The translations under genes were made by a program, and so were the position numbers. Shown piece after piece: positions 36,590 through 45,039 of a stretch of DNA of 52,565 bases. The stretch covers positions 1 to 52,565 of the IMG/VR virus record IMGVR_UViG_3300005662_000060; one strand, 5' to 3'. The notes below the pieces were generated by a model. It was given only the letters and a program-made list of their open reading frames with translations. It was not told the DNA's origin and did not search any database. Position 1 is the first letter of the stretch, and each line of letters opens with the position of its first letter. Source of the DNA: a virus (taxonomy: Duplodnaviria > Caudoviricetes).

Positions 36590-37520
36590 CCTTGGTTCCT
36601 CCCACGTTGCGAGTCGCGCCAGAAAGATCTGCGCTAGAGCCAGCAGCACGACCGGCAGCTTGAGCCGCCATATCGAACTTACTTGATGACTTGCCGACTC
36701 CTCGCCCAAGGGAAGGGAAGAATGTATGGAAAGCCTCTGCAACCTCTTCTTCTCGAGAGCGGAGAACCAGAGCAACACTTGTTCCGTCGCTAGTGGTCTC
36801 TTCCTCTGCGCTTTGCTTCCTCAGTCGCTTGATCTCTGACATGCGCTCGCCTACCTCGGCAATGAATCCATTGCTGAAGTTTGTCTGGAAGTTCTTGGGG
36901 TTTGCCTTAGTGGGCTGCTCGCCAAGTTCTGACTTCCTGCGGTCGTAGATTCGCTTGATGCGACCGAGCTTGTTGCGCTCCTCTGGTCCGGCAGCGATGG
37001 GCTGCTCAGCACGCTGAAGCTCAGCGTAGATGTAAGACCACGTCTGACCAGAGTCTTTCATGAAAACCACGTTGTCGTCTAGGCTCTTGACATAGCTCCA
37101 CTTGGGATGAATCACACTCATCAACTGGAGCTTCAGACTGGTGAACAACTGCTCTGCTGCCCGGACGCTCTCTGGGAACCCGACGACGGTCGCCGTGATG
37201 GAAACCTTGCCTTTGAAGTTGAGGCCTGTGTAAACCGATTTGCAGTCAAAGAACTCGCACACGCTCATGCAGAGCTGACAAAGCTCGTAGTACAGATGAT
37301 TGTTGGCAGAGCAGACGTCTACCTTGCGCTTCTCTGGCTTGACTCGCTCACCGGGCTTGAGCATCGAGTCGATCTCGTGCTGGGCGATGGCATAGTCAAT
37401 CATCAGGCGATCTGCCTTCTGAAGCAGAGCCTCTTGCTCTGGACCGAACGTCGTTGACTCTGCCTTGTTGAGAAGAGCCTGGACCTTTCTCATGATCGCA
37501 TCTCTGCGGTCTTCTGTCAT
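36576..37520 (-). CDS. DUF2786-like domain protein
   Basis: KVQALL.KAE.T....E......KA..LM..YAI N-terminus, F..GF and a G..AG..ADL C-terminus. Confidence 0.8.
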   Translation of the reverse strand: MTEDRRDAIMRKVQALLNKAESTTFGPEQEALLQKADRLMIDYAIAQHEIDSMLKPGERVKPEKRKVDVCSANNHLYYELCQLCMSVCEFFDCKSVYTGLNFKGKVSITATVVGFPESVRAAEQLFTSLKLQLMSVIHPKWSYVKSLDDNVVFMKDSGQTWSYIYAELQRAEQPIAAGPEERNKLGRIKRIYDRRKSELGEQPTKANPKNFQTNFSNGFIAEVGERMSEIKRLRKQSAEEETTSDGTSVALVLRSREEEVAEAFHTFFPSLGRGVGKSSSKFDMAAQAAGRAAGSSADLSGATRNVGGTKGALS

Positions 37521-37623
37521 TGCTTCATCCTCCTGTCATCGTTGATGAATCTGCCGACGACCATCCAGATGATCCAGTCGATCATCATGAGGCCGACCAT
37601 TCTTGACCTGTACTCGCCCTCTG

Positions 37624-37968
37624 TCACTCTTGCACCCTCATCATTCTGAACATTTGCTCGATGAACTGTTCGCTCAGGCCGGTCATGTTGCCATCGGCAT
37701 CTGCACAACCCGAGAACACGACGTCTCCGTAGATGACTTGATGCATCGAATACCACATGGGCTCAATCATCCAAAGAAGGCATGTTGCGGGGAAGTTGGG
37801 CAGGAAGCTGTCAATGATCATGCCCTCGTCGTTCACCCACATGTCGAACTTGTCGGTAGCGATGCAATCGATGGTGCCACCAACCCGCCCCTGAAGGAAC
37901 GGGAGGTGGTCACCATCGATGTCGCTGACCTCAAGATCTCCAGTAGTCCTGACGGTCAGAACCAGCAT
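37624..37968 (-). CDS. DUF3846-like protein
   Basis: LQ..VGG.I, MWVNDEG, N..AT and I.GDVVF.G motifs. Confidence 0.78.
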   Translation of the reverse strand: MLVLTVRTTGDLEVSDIDGDHLPFLQGRVGGTIDCIATDKFDMWVNDEGMIIDSFLPNFPATCLLWMIEPMWYSMHQVIYGDVVFSGCADADGNMTGLSEQFIEQMFRMMRVQE

Positions 37969-38498
37969 CAGTACGTCTCCACCTCGATGTCTCCGCTTTC
38001 CCAGTCGATCTCTGAATCATCAACGACGAAATCATAGATCTCGCTGGAGCTATTGAGGAACGCAGGAACCTCGACCTGAACGGTCGACGTGATCGTTACG
38101 GTGCTTGTCGGGATCCTGCTGTCTCCGGGGTAGATCTGGCAGCTCTCAAGAAACGACATCTTGCCCTCGGAGCATCCGCCATCGAACTCAATGGTCGCAT
38201 CAATGACAGCCATCTGGATCTTGTCGACCTTGGCGAGTGCCTCATCAACTCGTCGCTGGGAAGATTCGAGAGAAATCTTCTGGGCAGCGCAGTCCTCGAC
38301 CAAGAAGATGATGGCGCCGGGGTCACCATCTGCGGCCTTCTGCATCTTTTCGTGAGCCCATCGCACCAACTGTGCGTCTGGTTCCTGCGGACCCATCACA
38401 CGTCGCGCTAGGGAGATCATCTTTTCGACCTTCCACAGCGTCGTGCTGTTCTCGAGCGACCGGAGCTGCTGCTCGGTCGTGTGGATCGTGTCTGTCAT
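37968..38498 (-). CDS. Hypothetical protein
   Basis: RBS AAGGAG; directly downstream of the promoter at 38540-38568. Confidence 0.75.
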   Translation of the reverse strand: MTDTIHTTEQQLRSLENSTTLWKVEKMISLARRVMGPQEPDAQLVRWAHEKMQKAADGDPGAIIFLVEDCAAQKISLESSQRRVDEALAKVDKIQMAVIDATIEFDGGCSEGKMSFLESCQIYPGDSRIPTSTVTITSTVQVEVPAFLNSSSEIYDFVVDDSEIDWESGDIEVETY

Positions 38499-38539
38499 CT
38501 TGGCTCCTTGATTCTAGTTGGTTTGACTTGCTGAGTTAC

Positions 38540-38568
38540 AGCGTACCATGCCGTCAGTTCACTTGCAA
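38540..38568 (-). promoter_or_regulatory. Repeated early promoter
   Basis: TTGCAA-gtGAACTgacggcatgg (17)-TACGCT. Confidence 0.75.
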
Positions 38569-38993
38569 GGCCAGATGTAATCTGTGATTGCCTCGTCAAA
38601 TGTTCCGACGAAATTCTGGTAGCTGTCTGGCTCTTTGCGATAGAGCATGGCTCGGTGAGACTCATGAAGCTCCGCCCATCCAAACCACTTCGGCAGCAAA
38701 CCAGAAGAGCAGTCTGGATCTTCGATCGAGTCTGACATGTTCTGGATCTTACCGAGGCAGGTATCTTTGTATCCCCTCGAGATCCATTCTTTGCAGATCG
38801 CGACTCCGTACTCTACGAGGCAGAGTTCGTGACCGGCCCACATCTTCGTGGCGGGATGATTCTTCCAGCCGTAATCTTCTTTGGTCAGTGCGTTCAAGAT
38901 CTGAAGCGTCTCAACTCTTTGCTTGCCGAGCCGACGCATATCAAGACACTCTGCAGTTTTCTCGAAGTCTGGCCAAGGGATGAAGGTCTGCAT
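38559..38993 (-). CDS. Pyrimidine-dimer DNA glycosylase-like protein (MSMEG_6728/DenV-like)
   Basis: MQTF.P, LD.RRLGKQRVE, HPA..MW.G, EW..RGYKDT and H.SHR..L.RK.P..Y motifs. Confidence 0.85.
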   Translation of the reverse strand: MQTFIPWPDFEKTAECLDMRRLGKQRVETLQILNALTKEDYGWKNHPATKMWAGHELCLVEYGVAICKEWISRGYKDTCLGKIQNMSDSIEDPDCSSGLLPKWFGWAELHESHRAMLYRKEPDSYQNFVGTFDEAITDYIWPCK

Positions 38994-39190
38994 CAATCCC
39001 CCATTTGCTCTTGCTGGTGCATGGCGAGGCAAGACTTCAAGAATCGAGCCGTGTTTGCGCTCACTCCGCCAGAGAAGGCTGTGAACTGACCGCAAGAGCA
39101 TTCAACTGAAGTCCAGTTTCTATCTTCAGAGACGGTTTGGTTCGCGACACTGTTTCCTTCAGAGTCAGTGAATGTTCCTACGTGATTCAT
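38993..39190 (-). CDS. Small hypothetical protein
   Basis: TGATG-coupled to the next gene; CSCG motif. Confidence 0.6.
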   Translation of the reverse strand: MNHVGTFTDSEGNSVANQTVSEDRNWTSVECSCGQFTAFSGGVSANTARFLKSCLAMHQQEQMGD

Positions 39191-39380
39191 TTTGGTTCCT
39201 TATCGCTAGGAAGTTTGGTTGACCTTCGTACACGACTTCTCTCGTGCATTGATTACAGAACATCATTGACAAACAAAGCCTTCCGGCTGGCGAAGATCGA
39301 TCTACTGCATCGACTTCTTGGCAGCGAAGGCACTTGTAGTAAACGATGTCTGGTCTGCGGAATAGAACTCGACGATTCAC
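39165..39380 (-). CDS. Small zinc-ribbon protein
   Basis: GTGA overlap with the upstream stop; CLRC...CNQC. Confidence 0.5.
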   Translation of the reverse strand: MNRRVLFRRPDIVYYKCLRCQEVDAVDRSSPAGRLCLSMMFCNQCTREVVYEGQPNFLAIRNQNESRRNIH

Positions 39381-39631
39381 AGCAGTCCGAGCCACTCTGC
39401 GTCTTCGAGATCCGAGGCAAAGCCGTCGACATCGTCGCCACTGAGATCTGCCAGAGCTGAGATGATCGCAGACTTGCTGTTGGTCTCGCATTCTTGTCCG
39501 CCGAGCACGACGCACCCGTGCTTGTAGAAGCGAGACCTGACATTTTCGAAGCTTTTGCCTTCATGCTCAGCGACGTAATGCAGCTCGTCGATATCCCACT
39601 GCTCGCCACATCTCACGCATCGAATATCCAT
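39377..39631 (-). CDS. Small hypothetical protein
   Basis: MDIRCVRCGE.WD, acidic tail; RBS AAAGGA; follows a promoter. Confidence 0.7.
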   Translation of the reverse strand: MDIRCVRCGEQWDIDELHYVAEHEGKSFENVRSRFYKHGCVVLGGQECETNSKSAIISALADLSGDDVDGFASDLEDAEWLGLL

Positions 39632-39662
39632 TGCAAATCCTTTCGTTGATATCGGTGTTACC

Positions 39663-39691
39663 ACACTACCACGGCATCAGTTCTTGCGCCA
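39663..39691 (-). promoter_or_regulatory. Repeated early promoter
   Basis: TGGCGC-aaGAACTgatgccgtgg (17)-TAGTGT. Confidence 0.6.
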
Positions 39692-39699
39692 CTAAAGAG

Positions 39700-40080
39700 C
39701 TAAGTGATCTCTTCAACGTCGAGCATGAAGTTCTTGACGGCTCTAACGAACTGGATGCACATTTCAGGATTCTTTATGATCTCGCCATTGACTTCTGGAC
39801 TGATGAGGTCGTAGAAGACTTTCTGAAGGTAGTTCTTGACATATGGCTCTGCCTCTTGAGTCGTGATCCTCTCGAAACCATAGCGATCGCAAAAAGAAGC
39901 GAGATCTTCCAGAGACTCTGGAATTTGATGCACCGCTTCAACGTCTTCGTCAAGAACATGATCATGACGCTGTCCGTGTCTGATCCAGACGGCATCGTTA
40001 GCTTTGACGTCGTAGGCAAGAACGAGTGCGTGACTTATTCTGCTGGCCAAGAAACCTTGGCTCGGTAGCTTCCTGCTCAA
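39700..40080 (-). CDS. Hypothetical protein (start uncertain)
   Basis: ORF fills the gap in the leftward array; TTGA overlap with the upstream stop. Confidence 0.55.
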   Translation of the reverse strand: MSRKLPSQGFLASRISHALVLAYDVKANDAVWIRHGQRHDHVLDEDVEAVHQIPESLEDLASFCDRYGFERITTQEAEPYVKNYLQKVFYDLISPEVNGEIIKNPEMCIQFVRAVKNFMLDVEEIT

Positions 40081-40244
40081 GCCATCTCCCAACTCATGCT
40101 CAGGCCACATTCGTAATGAGCCATGACGCTTGCGTTGTTCACCCACCACTCAGCTGCGAGCTCTGAATCTAGCTCAGACATCAAGTCATACGGCTCGCCG
40201 CAAACTCCACAACTTCCACGCTCGTTATCTTCTTGATCAGGCAT
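40077..40244 (-). CDS. Small hypothetical protein
   Basis: MPDQED...CGVC...HYEC. Confidence 0.55.
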   Translation of the reverse strand: MPDQEDNERGSCGVCGEPYDLMSELDSELAAEWWVNNASVMAHYECGLSMSWEMA

Positions 40245-40470
40245 CTGGATGCTCCACTTCCTCTTCCTCTTCCCACTCATGCTCGCACTTGGGGCATGAA
40301 TATGACTTCTCAATGATTGTGCCAACTATGATTCTTGGGCCGTCGAAGCTGCACATGACATCTGCATCACACTCGTGATTGCAATTCGGGCAGGTCTGAT
40401 GCTCGACGATCTCGAAATCGTTGTAGCCAGGAATCATCCAATCTTGAACTCCGGGAGGAAGGTTGTTCAT
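40237..40470 (-). CDS. Small zinc-ribbon protein
   Basis: NLPPGV start; CPNC...CPKC. Confidence 0.65.
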   Translation of the reverse strand: MNNLPPGVQDWMIPGYNDFEIVEHQTCPNCNHECDADVMCSFDGPRIIVGTIIEKSYSCPKCEHEWEEEEEVEHPDA

Positions 40471-40706
40471 GACTCTTTCTTTCCGAAGACGTACTTGATT
40501 CCGGCGATGGTGCGCTCTGAGAATCGGTAACTGCCGTCCCAATTCTTAGAGGCTGAAAGAAGATTGAATGATCTGCTGCCGTTGTCACTCAGCAGGATCC
40601 AAACTTCAGGGCTCGAATCCATCAGCTCCTTCATCTTGAGGTACTTGTCAGAACGACTCGTCGGCGGCAGTTCGTCGAACTGATCTCCGATCTTGAACTT
40701 AGTCAC
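40467..40706 (-). CDS. Small hypothetical protein
   Basis: GTG start with a GAGGAGG RBS supplied by the 36-bp repeat. Confidence 0.65.
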   Translation of the reverse strand: MTKFKIGDQFDELPPTSRSDKYLKMKELMDSSPEVWILLSDNGSRSFNLLSASKNWDGSYRFSERTIAGIKYVFGKKES

Positions 40707-40904
40707 GAAACGACCTCCTCGTGCTCGTCAAACTGGCTGACGATCCGCTCATCGCGCTCGGTCCACTTGCGCTCGGTCTCGGCGCACACCCATCCGATCA
40801 GGAAGGCAACGACGATCCCCCCGGCGAACCACAGCGGGTAGCCGGTCTCGAACATCCACTCGTACACGGTCACGAAACGACCTCCTCGTGCTCGTCAAAC
40901 TGGC
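40702..40904. repeat. Perfect 36-bp direct repeat (40702-40737 and 40869-40904)
   Basis: gtcacgaaacgacctcctcgtgctcgtcaaactggc occurs twice. Confidence 0.95.
40703..40873 (-). CDS. 56-aa membrane protein (absent from the ORF track)
   Basis: MTVYEWMFETGYPLWFAGGIVVAFLIGWVCAETERKWTERDERIVSQFDEHEEVVS; RBS GAGGAGG; GTGA overlaps at both ends. Confidence 0.7.
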   Translation of the reverse strand: MTVYEWMFETGYPLWFAGGIVVAFLIGWVCAETERKWTERDERIVSQFDEHEEVVS

Positions 40905-41103
40905 GGAACATATTGTTCCAGCAGTCTGGGCAGATGCCGGTGATGAAACGCTCACGCTCGTCTTTTGACAGGCTCGGCAGAGCATCCTGAATCAGGACTC
41001 CAGAGCCGTGCATCCTGGACTCGAGCAAGAGCCAATGCTCTTCCGAGATCTCAAATTCCTTCTTGCCGCCACAATGAGGGCAAGGAGGCGAAACGATGAT
41101 CAT
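40870..41103 (-). CDS. Small zinc-binding hypothetical protein
   Basis: CPHC...IQDALP.LS...RE..ITGICPDCW. Confidence 0.75.
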   Translation of the reverse strand: MIIVSPPCPHCGGKKEFEISEEHWLLLESRMHGSGVLIQDALPSLSKDERERFITGICPDCWNNMFRQFDEHEEVVS

Positions 41104-41136
41104 GTCAGTTACCTTTCTGTTTGTGCTACGAGACCC

Positions 41137-41165
41137 ACGCTAGTCCGGGATTTGTTCTGTTGCAA
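41137..41165 (-). promoter_or_regulatory. Repeated early promoter
   Basis: TTGCAA-caGAACaaatcccggac (17)-TAGCGT. Confidence 0.65.
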
Positions 41166-41178
41166 AGAAATGAAGCCT

Positions 41179-41349
41179 CTACCTTCTTCCACGGAACCTT
41201 CTGTCTTCATACTCAGTTGGTTCGTCATCTCTCCAGTCGCGCTCTTTGCGAACGATATGGTCGATGAACAAGTAGAGAATCTGAGCAAACAGGATCAAGA
41301 TCACAAGAGCAAACAAGAGCCTTTCGAATATTTCTTCGACTCCGTTCAC
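41179..41349 (-). CDS. 56-aa membrane protein (absent from the ORF track)
   Basis: MNGVEEIFERLLFALVILILFAQILYLFIDH...; RBS GGAGG. Confidence 0.6.
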   Translation of the reverse strand: MNGVEEIFERLLFALVILILFAQILYLFIDHIVRKERDWRDDEPTEYEDRRFRGRR

Positions 41350-41360
41350 ACGCCACCCTC

Positions 41361-41600
41361 CTAGAGTCGCATTTCGTCTTGAAGCTCAGCCTGAGCGATC
41401 ATTGACTCCTCAAGATCCTCTCTGAAAGAAGAGAGACTCATTGGAACTTCGTCATCTCCGCAGTCTTCGAGATAGTCTCGATATCTGAGGTTGACCTCGA
41501 TGCGCCACTTTGCTTCTTCATTCTCGAACTGAGCTTGGATGTATTCATCCATTGCTTCGAGGACCTGTCTCTCTTGATCTTCGCTACTGTGCTCTTTCAT
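41361..41600 (-). CDS. Small acidic hypothetical protein
   Basis: 79 aa; RBS AAAGGA. Confidence 0.7.
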   Translation of the reverse strand: MKEHSSEDQERQVLEAMDEYIQAQFENEEAKWRIEVNLRYRDYLEDCGDDEVPMSLSSFREDLEESMIAQAELQDEMRL

Positions 41601-41622
41601 GAATGGTCCTTTATTGGAAGTT

Positions 41623-41708
41623 GCCTCCGGGGCTCGGCGAAGGGAGAGGAAGGAGGTGCCGAACCCCGGAGGCTGTGACCGAAGGGGGAGCTACGACCCC
41701 TCGGTCAC
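41623..41708 (-). ncRNA. Tandem-hairpin structured RNA candidate
   Basis: 16-bp and about 12-bp stems whose mismatches become G-U pairs on the minus strand; the larger loop is ACCUCCUUCCUCUCCCUUC. Confidence 0.5.
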
Positions 41709-41711
41709 GAT

Positions 41712-42077
41712 CTAGAACTGGTAGCCCCGAAGCATCATGTTCCTCTCCGCTCTGTCTTGGGCGATGCCCTCGAGGTATTCCAACCACTCTTCGATCTGAG
41801 ACTCAGTCATGAGGCCGAAGATCGGTTCCTCTACCACTCGAACTCCGTTGCATTCGTAGCAAGAGACGTCGAATCGACCAGAGAAATAATCCTCTTCGAA
41901 GAAAGGATCCTCGTCGAAGTCATTTCTGGTCAGTCCGTTGCGATCGATGTCTGGATTCACATGCGATCCAGAACCTTCACAAGTAGGGCACACGATGAAC
42001 TTGGAAGGTGGCTTCCAGCCATACAGATCTTGGAAATACTCCACCGTTGCGAACGGTCCATCTCTACGATCACTCAC
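41712..42077 (-). CDS. Hypothetical protein with CxxCxGxG zinc motifs
   Basis: CPTCEGSG...CYECNG. Confidence 0.75.
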   Translation of the reverse strand: MSDRRDGPFATVEYFQDLYGWKPPSKFIVCPTCEGSGSHVNPDIDRNGLTRNDFDEDPFFEEDYFSGRFDVSCYECNGVRVVEEPIFGLMTESQIEEWLEYLEGIAQDRAERNMMLRGYQF

Positions 42078-42303
42078 TATCTTCCTCCTTGTTGAAATTC
42101 GCAGATGCGAACTCTGGATCTCCTACCCAGAACATTCCGGTTCCCTCTGACTTGTCGAGCCACTCGTCAAGAGCTCGGTGCAAGAATGCACGATATTCGT
42201 CAGTCGGGAAATATTCGCCGCCGTGAGTCATGCAGATGTCAGAATGAACAAGTCCATTCTCACGATCTTCGTAAATGATCTCGGCGCAAACCCAGACCTT
42301 CAC
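42070..42303 (-). CDS. Small hypothetical protein
   Basis: GTG at 42303 after GGAGGT, overlapping the upstream stop. Confidence 0.65.
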   Translation of the reverse strand: MKVWVCAEIIYEDRENGLVHSDICMTHGGEYFPTDEYRAFLHRALDEWLDKSEGTGMFWVGDPEFASANFNKEEDSE

Positions 42304-42503
42304 GACTGCACCTCCCGGACTCGTTCGAAACCGATTGAGAGGTCGGTTCCGAACTCCTGAAGGTGCTTGCGGCACAAGTTCGCCCAAGGACCCCACACGG
42401 TCTTCACGTCGAACTTGCCTTCCTTTGAGACGCCGAGTCTCTTGCACAGATCGCACATCGGCATCTCAGAAACCCACATGATCTTCTTGGGTCTATCTTT
42501 CAC
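42300..42503 (-). CDS. Small zinc-binding hypothetical protein
   Basis: CDLC...D.KT..GPWA.LC..H; RBS AAGGAG. Confidence 0.75.
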   Translation of the reverse strand: MKDRPKKIMWVSEMPMCDLCKRLGVSKEGKFDVKTVWGPWANLCRKHLQEFGTDLSIGFERVREVQS

Positions 42504-42539
42504 TCGTAGCTCCTTCTATTGGGTTGACTTACTGAATAC

Positions 42540-42568
42540 ATTGTACCACGGCTTGAGTTCTGCCGCAA
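42540..42568 (-). promoter_or_regulatory. Repeated early promoter
   Basis: TTGCGG-caGAACTcaagccgtgg (17)-TACAAT with an extended -10 TG. Confidence 0.8.
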
Positions 42569-42578
42569 ACAAAGAGCC

Positions 42579-42776
42579 TCAGCAGGGGATCACCTCGCTC
42601 AGCGGTCGAACGCAAGCGTCGACGCCTTCTCCGTTCACAATTCCGTTCATGATGCACTCGTTGATCACGTCGCAGACGTAATCGATCGAATCCGTGAGCT
42701 CGAGAGCAGCCACGTCGATCTCGAGCATCACGACGTACCTCGCGACTCGTTCTGGATCAAATCCCATAGGGATCAC
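42579..42776 (-). CDS. Small hypothetical protein
   Basis: 65 aa ORF in the leftward array. Confidence 0.55.
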   Translation of the reverse strand: MIPMGFDPERVARYVVMLEIDVAALELTDSIDYVCDVINECIMNGIVNGEGVDACVRPLSEVIPC

Positions 42777-42829
42777 CTTTCATTGGGGGTCGGAAATCGG
42801 TGTGGGGAGCGTGATTCACGCTCAAGAAG

Positions 42830-42868
42830 TGGGGAGGGGGAAGAACCACAACTTCCCCCTCCCCTCAC
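42830..42868 (-). terminator. Terminator-like hairpin
   Basis: gtggggagggggaag ... cttccccctcccctcac after gene 42887..43492; U-rich tail on the minus strand. Confidence 0.65.
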
Positions 42869-42886
42869 CTGTGGGCAGGTGATCTG

Positions 42887-43492
42887 TCAGACCTTCGCCA
42901 GCTCGCGGACGAGCTGCACCTTGGTCCAGTTCTTGCGGATGGTCAGGCCAGCGTCCTGAGCCATCTGTCGGAGCTCTTGCATCTCGAAGCCCATGTACCG
43001 CTTCATGTTGAGCTGCTGCTCTGCGTGCTCACGAGCGTTCGCACGCTCGCCAACAGGGATGTGAGTTCCGTCAGCCTTCAGCTGACCCTCGTAGAGCTTC
43101 GGGTCGTCTCCGAGGAAGCGACCACCCTTGCCAGTTCGATGACCACGATCATCGATCTTGGAGCCGTCGCGAATCGCCGATCGAACCTTGCCCTCAGCGG
43201 AGTTGGTGGCGATCATGATGCGACCGATGGCCCATCCCATCTTGCCTCGGTGATCGGGAGCCAAGAAGCGCAGGTACGCTGCCAGCTCTGGCGTGAGCCG
43301 CCACTCCTTCTCACCTCGGGGTCCGAGCTCGCCCGCCAGTTCGGCGCAGTACCACTCGAACTCGAATCCGTGGAGTTCTGCCGGGGTGTGGCTGATGCCC
43401 AACGCCTTGCGAGCGTCCCCGACCTTCACCCCCTCCTCGAGAACGAGCAGCAGCATCTTGTCGAGCTCCTGCTTCGAATACTTCTTTGCCAT
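42887..43492 (-). CDS. Putative DNA-binding protein (paralog family) with a C-terminal SAP/HeH-like motif
   Basis: Similar end to end to 46066..46632: KYS..LDK.LLL, SHTPAELH.F.FEW, GW.IGRIM and DRGHRTGKGGRF. Confidence 0.8.
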   Translation of the reverse strand: MAKKYSKQELDKMLLLVLEEGVKVGDARKALGISHTPAELHGFEFEWYCAELAGELGPRGEKEWRLTPELAAYLRFLAPDHRGKMGWAIGRIMIATNSAEGKVRSAIRDGSKIDDRGHRTGKGGRFLGDDPKLYEGQLKADGTHIPVGERANAREHAEQQLNMKRYMGFEMQELRQMAQDAGLTIRKNWTKVQLVRELAKV

Positions 43493-43543
43493 GTTCGTAA
43501 CTCCCTTCAGTTACTATCGTTCCCCGTGACCGGGGCTGAAATC

Positions 43544-43572
43544 AAGGTACCACACCTTGAGTTCTGTTGCAA
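43544..43572 (-). promoter_or_regulatory. Repeated early promoter
   Basis: TTGCAA-caGAACTcaaggtgtgg (17)-TACCTT. Confidence 0.8.
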
Positions 43573-43595
43573 ATCCCGGAACCTCCGGGTCTTGT

Positions 43596-43991
43596 TCAGA
43601 ATGAGTACTTGCGGCTCATCAGGTAGGCCAGCTCGAAGGCGTCTTCAGCCTCCAAACCTTCGTTGACGTACTGAGCCTGACGCCGGGTGTGCTCGCCCAA
43701 GAACCACATGAGCTCAAGCTCGCCAGAGTCGTAGTCGTTCCACAGAGAGAACCAGCCTCGATGGAACATCCGGTTCGGTCGAGGACCGATCATCCAGCGG
43801 AAGAACTGCCAAGTGATCGGCGACCAGAGCAGGTCGTTCTCGGCTCCGGGGAAGCTGTACCAGAAGTCGAGCATGGCTCGCTCCGCAGCCTCAATGATGT
43901 CGCAGCCTTCATCCAAATGGTTCTCGAACTGATCAAGAACCCACAGCTCGTTGCTGTTGAACGAGGCACTCTTTTCGTCGTGTCGGATCAA
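43596..43991 (-). CDS. Hypothetical protein
   Basis: 131 aa aromatic/acidic ORF; RBS AAGGAG. Confidence 0.7.
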   Translation of the reverse strand: MIRHDEKSASFNSNELWVLDQFENHLDEGCDIIEAAERAMLDFWYSFPGAENDLLWSPITWQFFRWMIGPRPNRMFHRGWFSLWNDYDSGELELMWFLGEHTRRQAQYVNEGLEAEDAFELAYLMSRKYSF

Positions 43992-44040
43992 ATGTAGCTC
44001 CTTCTACTAATGGCTTCTGTCGGTTTGACTTACCGAATAC

Positions 44041-44069
44041 ATTGTACCACAACGAGAGTTCTGTGGCGG
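44041..44069 (-). promoter_or_regulatory. Repeated early promoter
   Basis: caGAACTctcgttgtgg-TACAAT; leader nearly identical to that of the 42540 promoter. Confidence 0.75.
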
Positions 44070-44168
44070 GTTATGATGTCGCTCATTGTTGTTCATGTGC
44101 GAGCTGGTGGCTCGAGACGAAGTTTGGGGCTGCCCGAAGCGTGACTCCGAGCAGCCCCAGAACTTAGA

Positions 44169-44573
44169 TCAGTACGGGCCGTCGAGAACGTAGCTCGGCA
44201 GCGAATCGAGCTGATCTTCACGACTCTGGCGATGCCACGCCTCGACGAGCGCATCGTGGCGGCGGTAGATCCACTCACGATCATGGGGATCTGTAGACCA
44301 GAGCCGGACTTCTTCGATCTGATACTCGAGACTTTCGAGATGCGATGCCGCTTCACGCCACTTCTGGCCGCTCAGGATCAGCCACAGCCAGAAGTTCTGC
44401 TTCGAGCATGACTCGTTGACGATGTTGGCAGCTCGGCTGTAGATGGATCGCCGAGAAGCTTCCAGCTCTGCGAGCGTGGGTTCAGGGTCTCCGAACTCGC
44501 AGGCTGAACACATCCAATCAATTCCGCACCCTCCGACGAAAGTGCGATGAATGCAATACGGGTATGAACTCAT
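44169..44573 (-). CDS. Hypothetical protein
   Basis: YCIH..FVGGCG.DWMC..CE.GD N-terminus. Confidence 0.7.
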   Translation of the reverse strand: MSSYPYCIHRTFVGGCGIDWMCSACEFGDPEPTLAELEASRRSIYSRAANIVNESCSKQNFWLWLILSGQKWREAASHLESLEYQIEEVRLWSTDPHDREWIYRRHDALVEAWHRQSREDQLDSLPSYVLDGPY

Positions 44574-44602
44574 AGCTCTACTCTCTTTCTGTTGTGGTTG
44601 GA

Positions 44603-44986
44603 TCAGTAGTCCCAGCGGTTCGAGGCTGGATGGACGCCCAGCGGACGATGGGTGCTTTCGCGAAGGTACTTGATCGCACGCTCGAACGGGTGCACCACGA
44701 GCTCGATTGCTTCTGCGAAACAGCAGTCGCCGTCAAGAATGTAGTCTTGAAGCTGACGCTTGACGTCTTCTGCGGAGAGCGTGCTTCCGACGTGTTCACT
44801 GCCGTACCCGAAGTAGTAGTGGGGCATTCCGTACTCGATGTATTCTTCGATGAACTGATCGAGAAGCGCCAAGAACCCTGTTCGGTGGAACTCGTACTCT
44901 TCGTGGTTGTAGGGATCTTTGGCGTTGGCTTCGAGCATGAGGTTGCGCTCTTTGTCGATTCTTTGCTCGATAGGTGTTTCGTCCAC
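44603..44986 (-). CDS. Hypothetical protein
   Basis: 127 aa; RBS AAGGAG; downstream of the promoter at 45040. Confidence 0.7.
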   Translation of the reverse strand: MDETPIEQRIDKERNLMLEANAKDPYNHEEYEFHRTGFLALLDQFIEEYIEYGMPHYYFGYGSEHVGSTLSAEDVKRQLQDYILDGDCCFAEAIELVVHPFERAIKYLRESTHRPLGVHPASNRWDY

Positions 44987-45039
44987 TGTTCTGTAGCTCC
45001 TTCAGTTTTAGTTCCGCACCCCCGGTGGGGCACGAGCAC

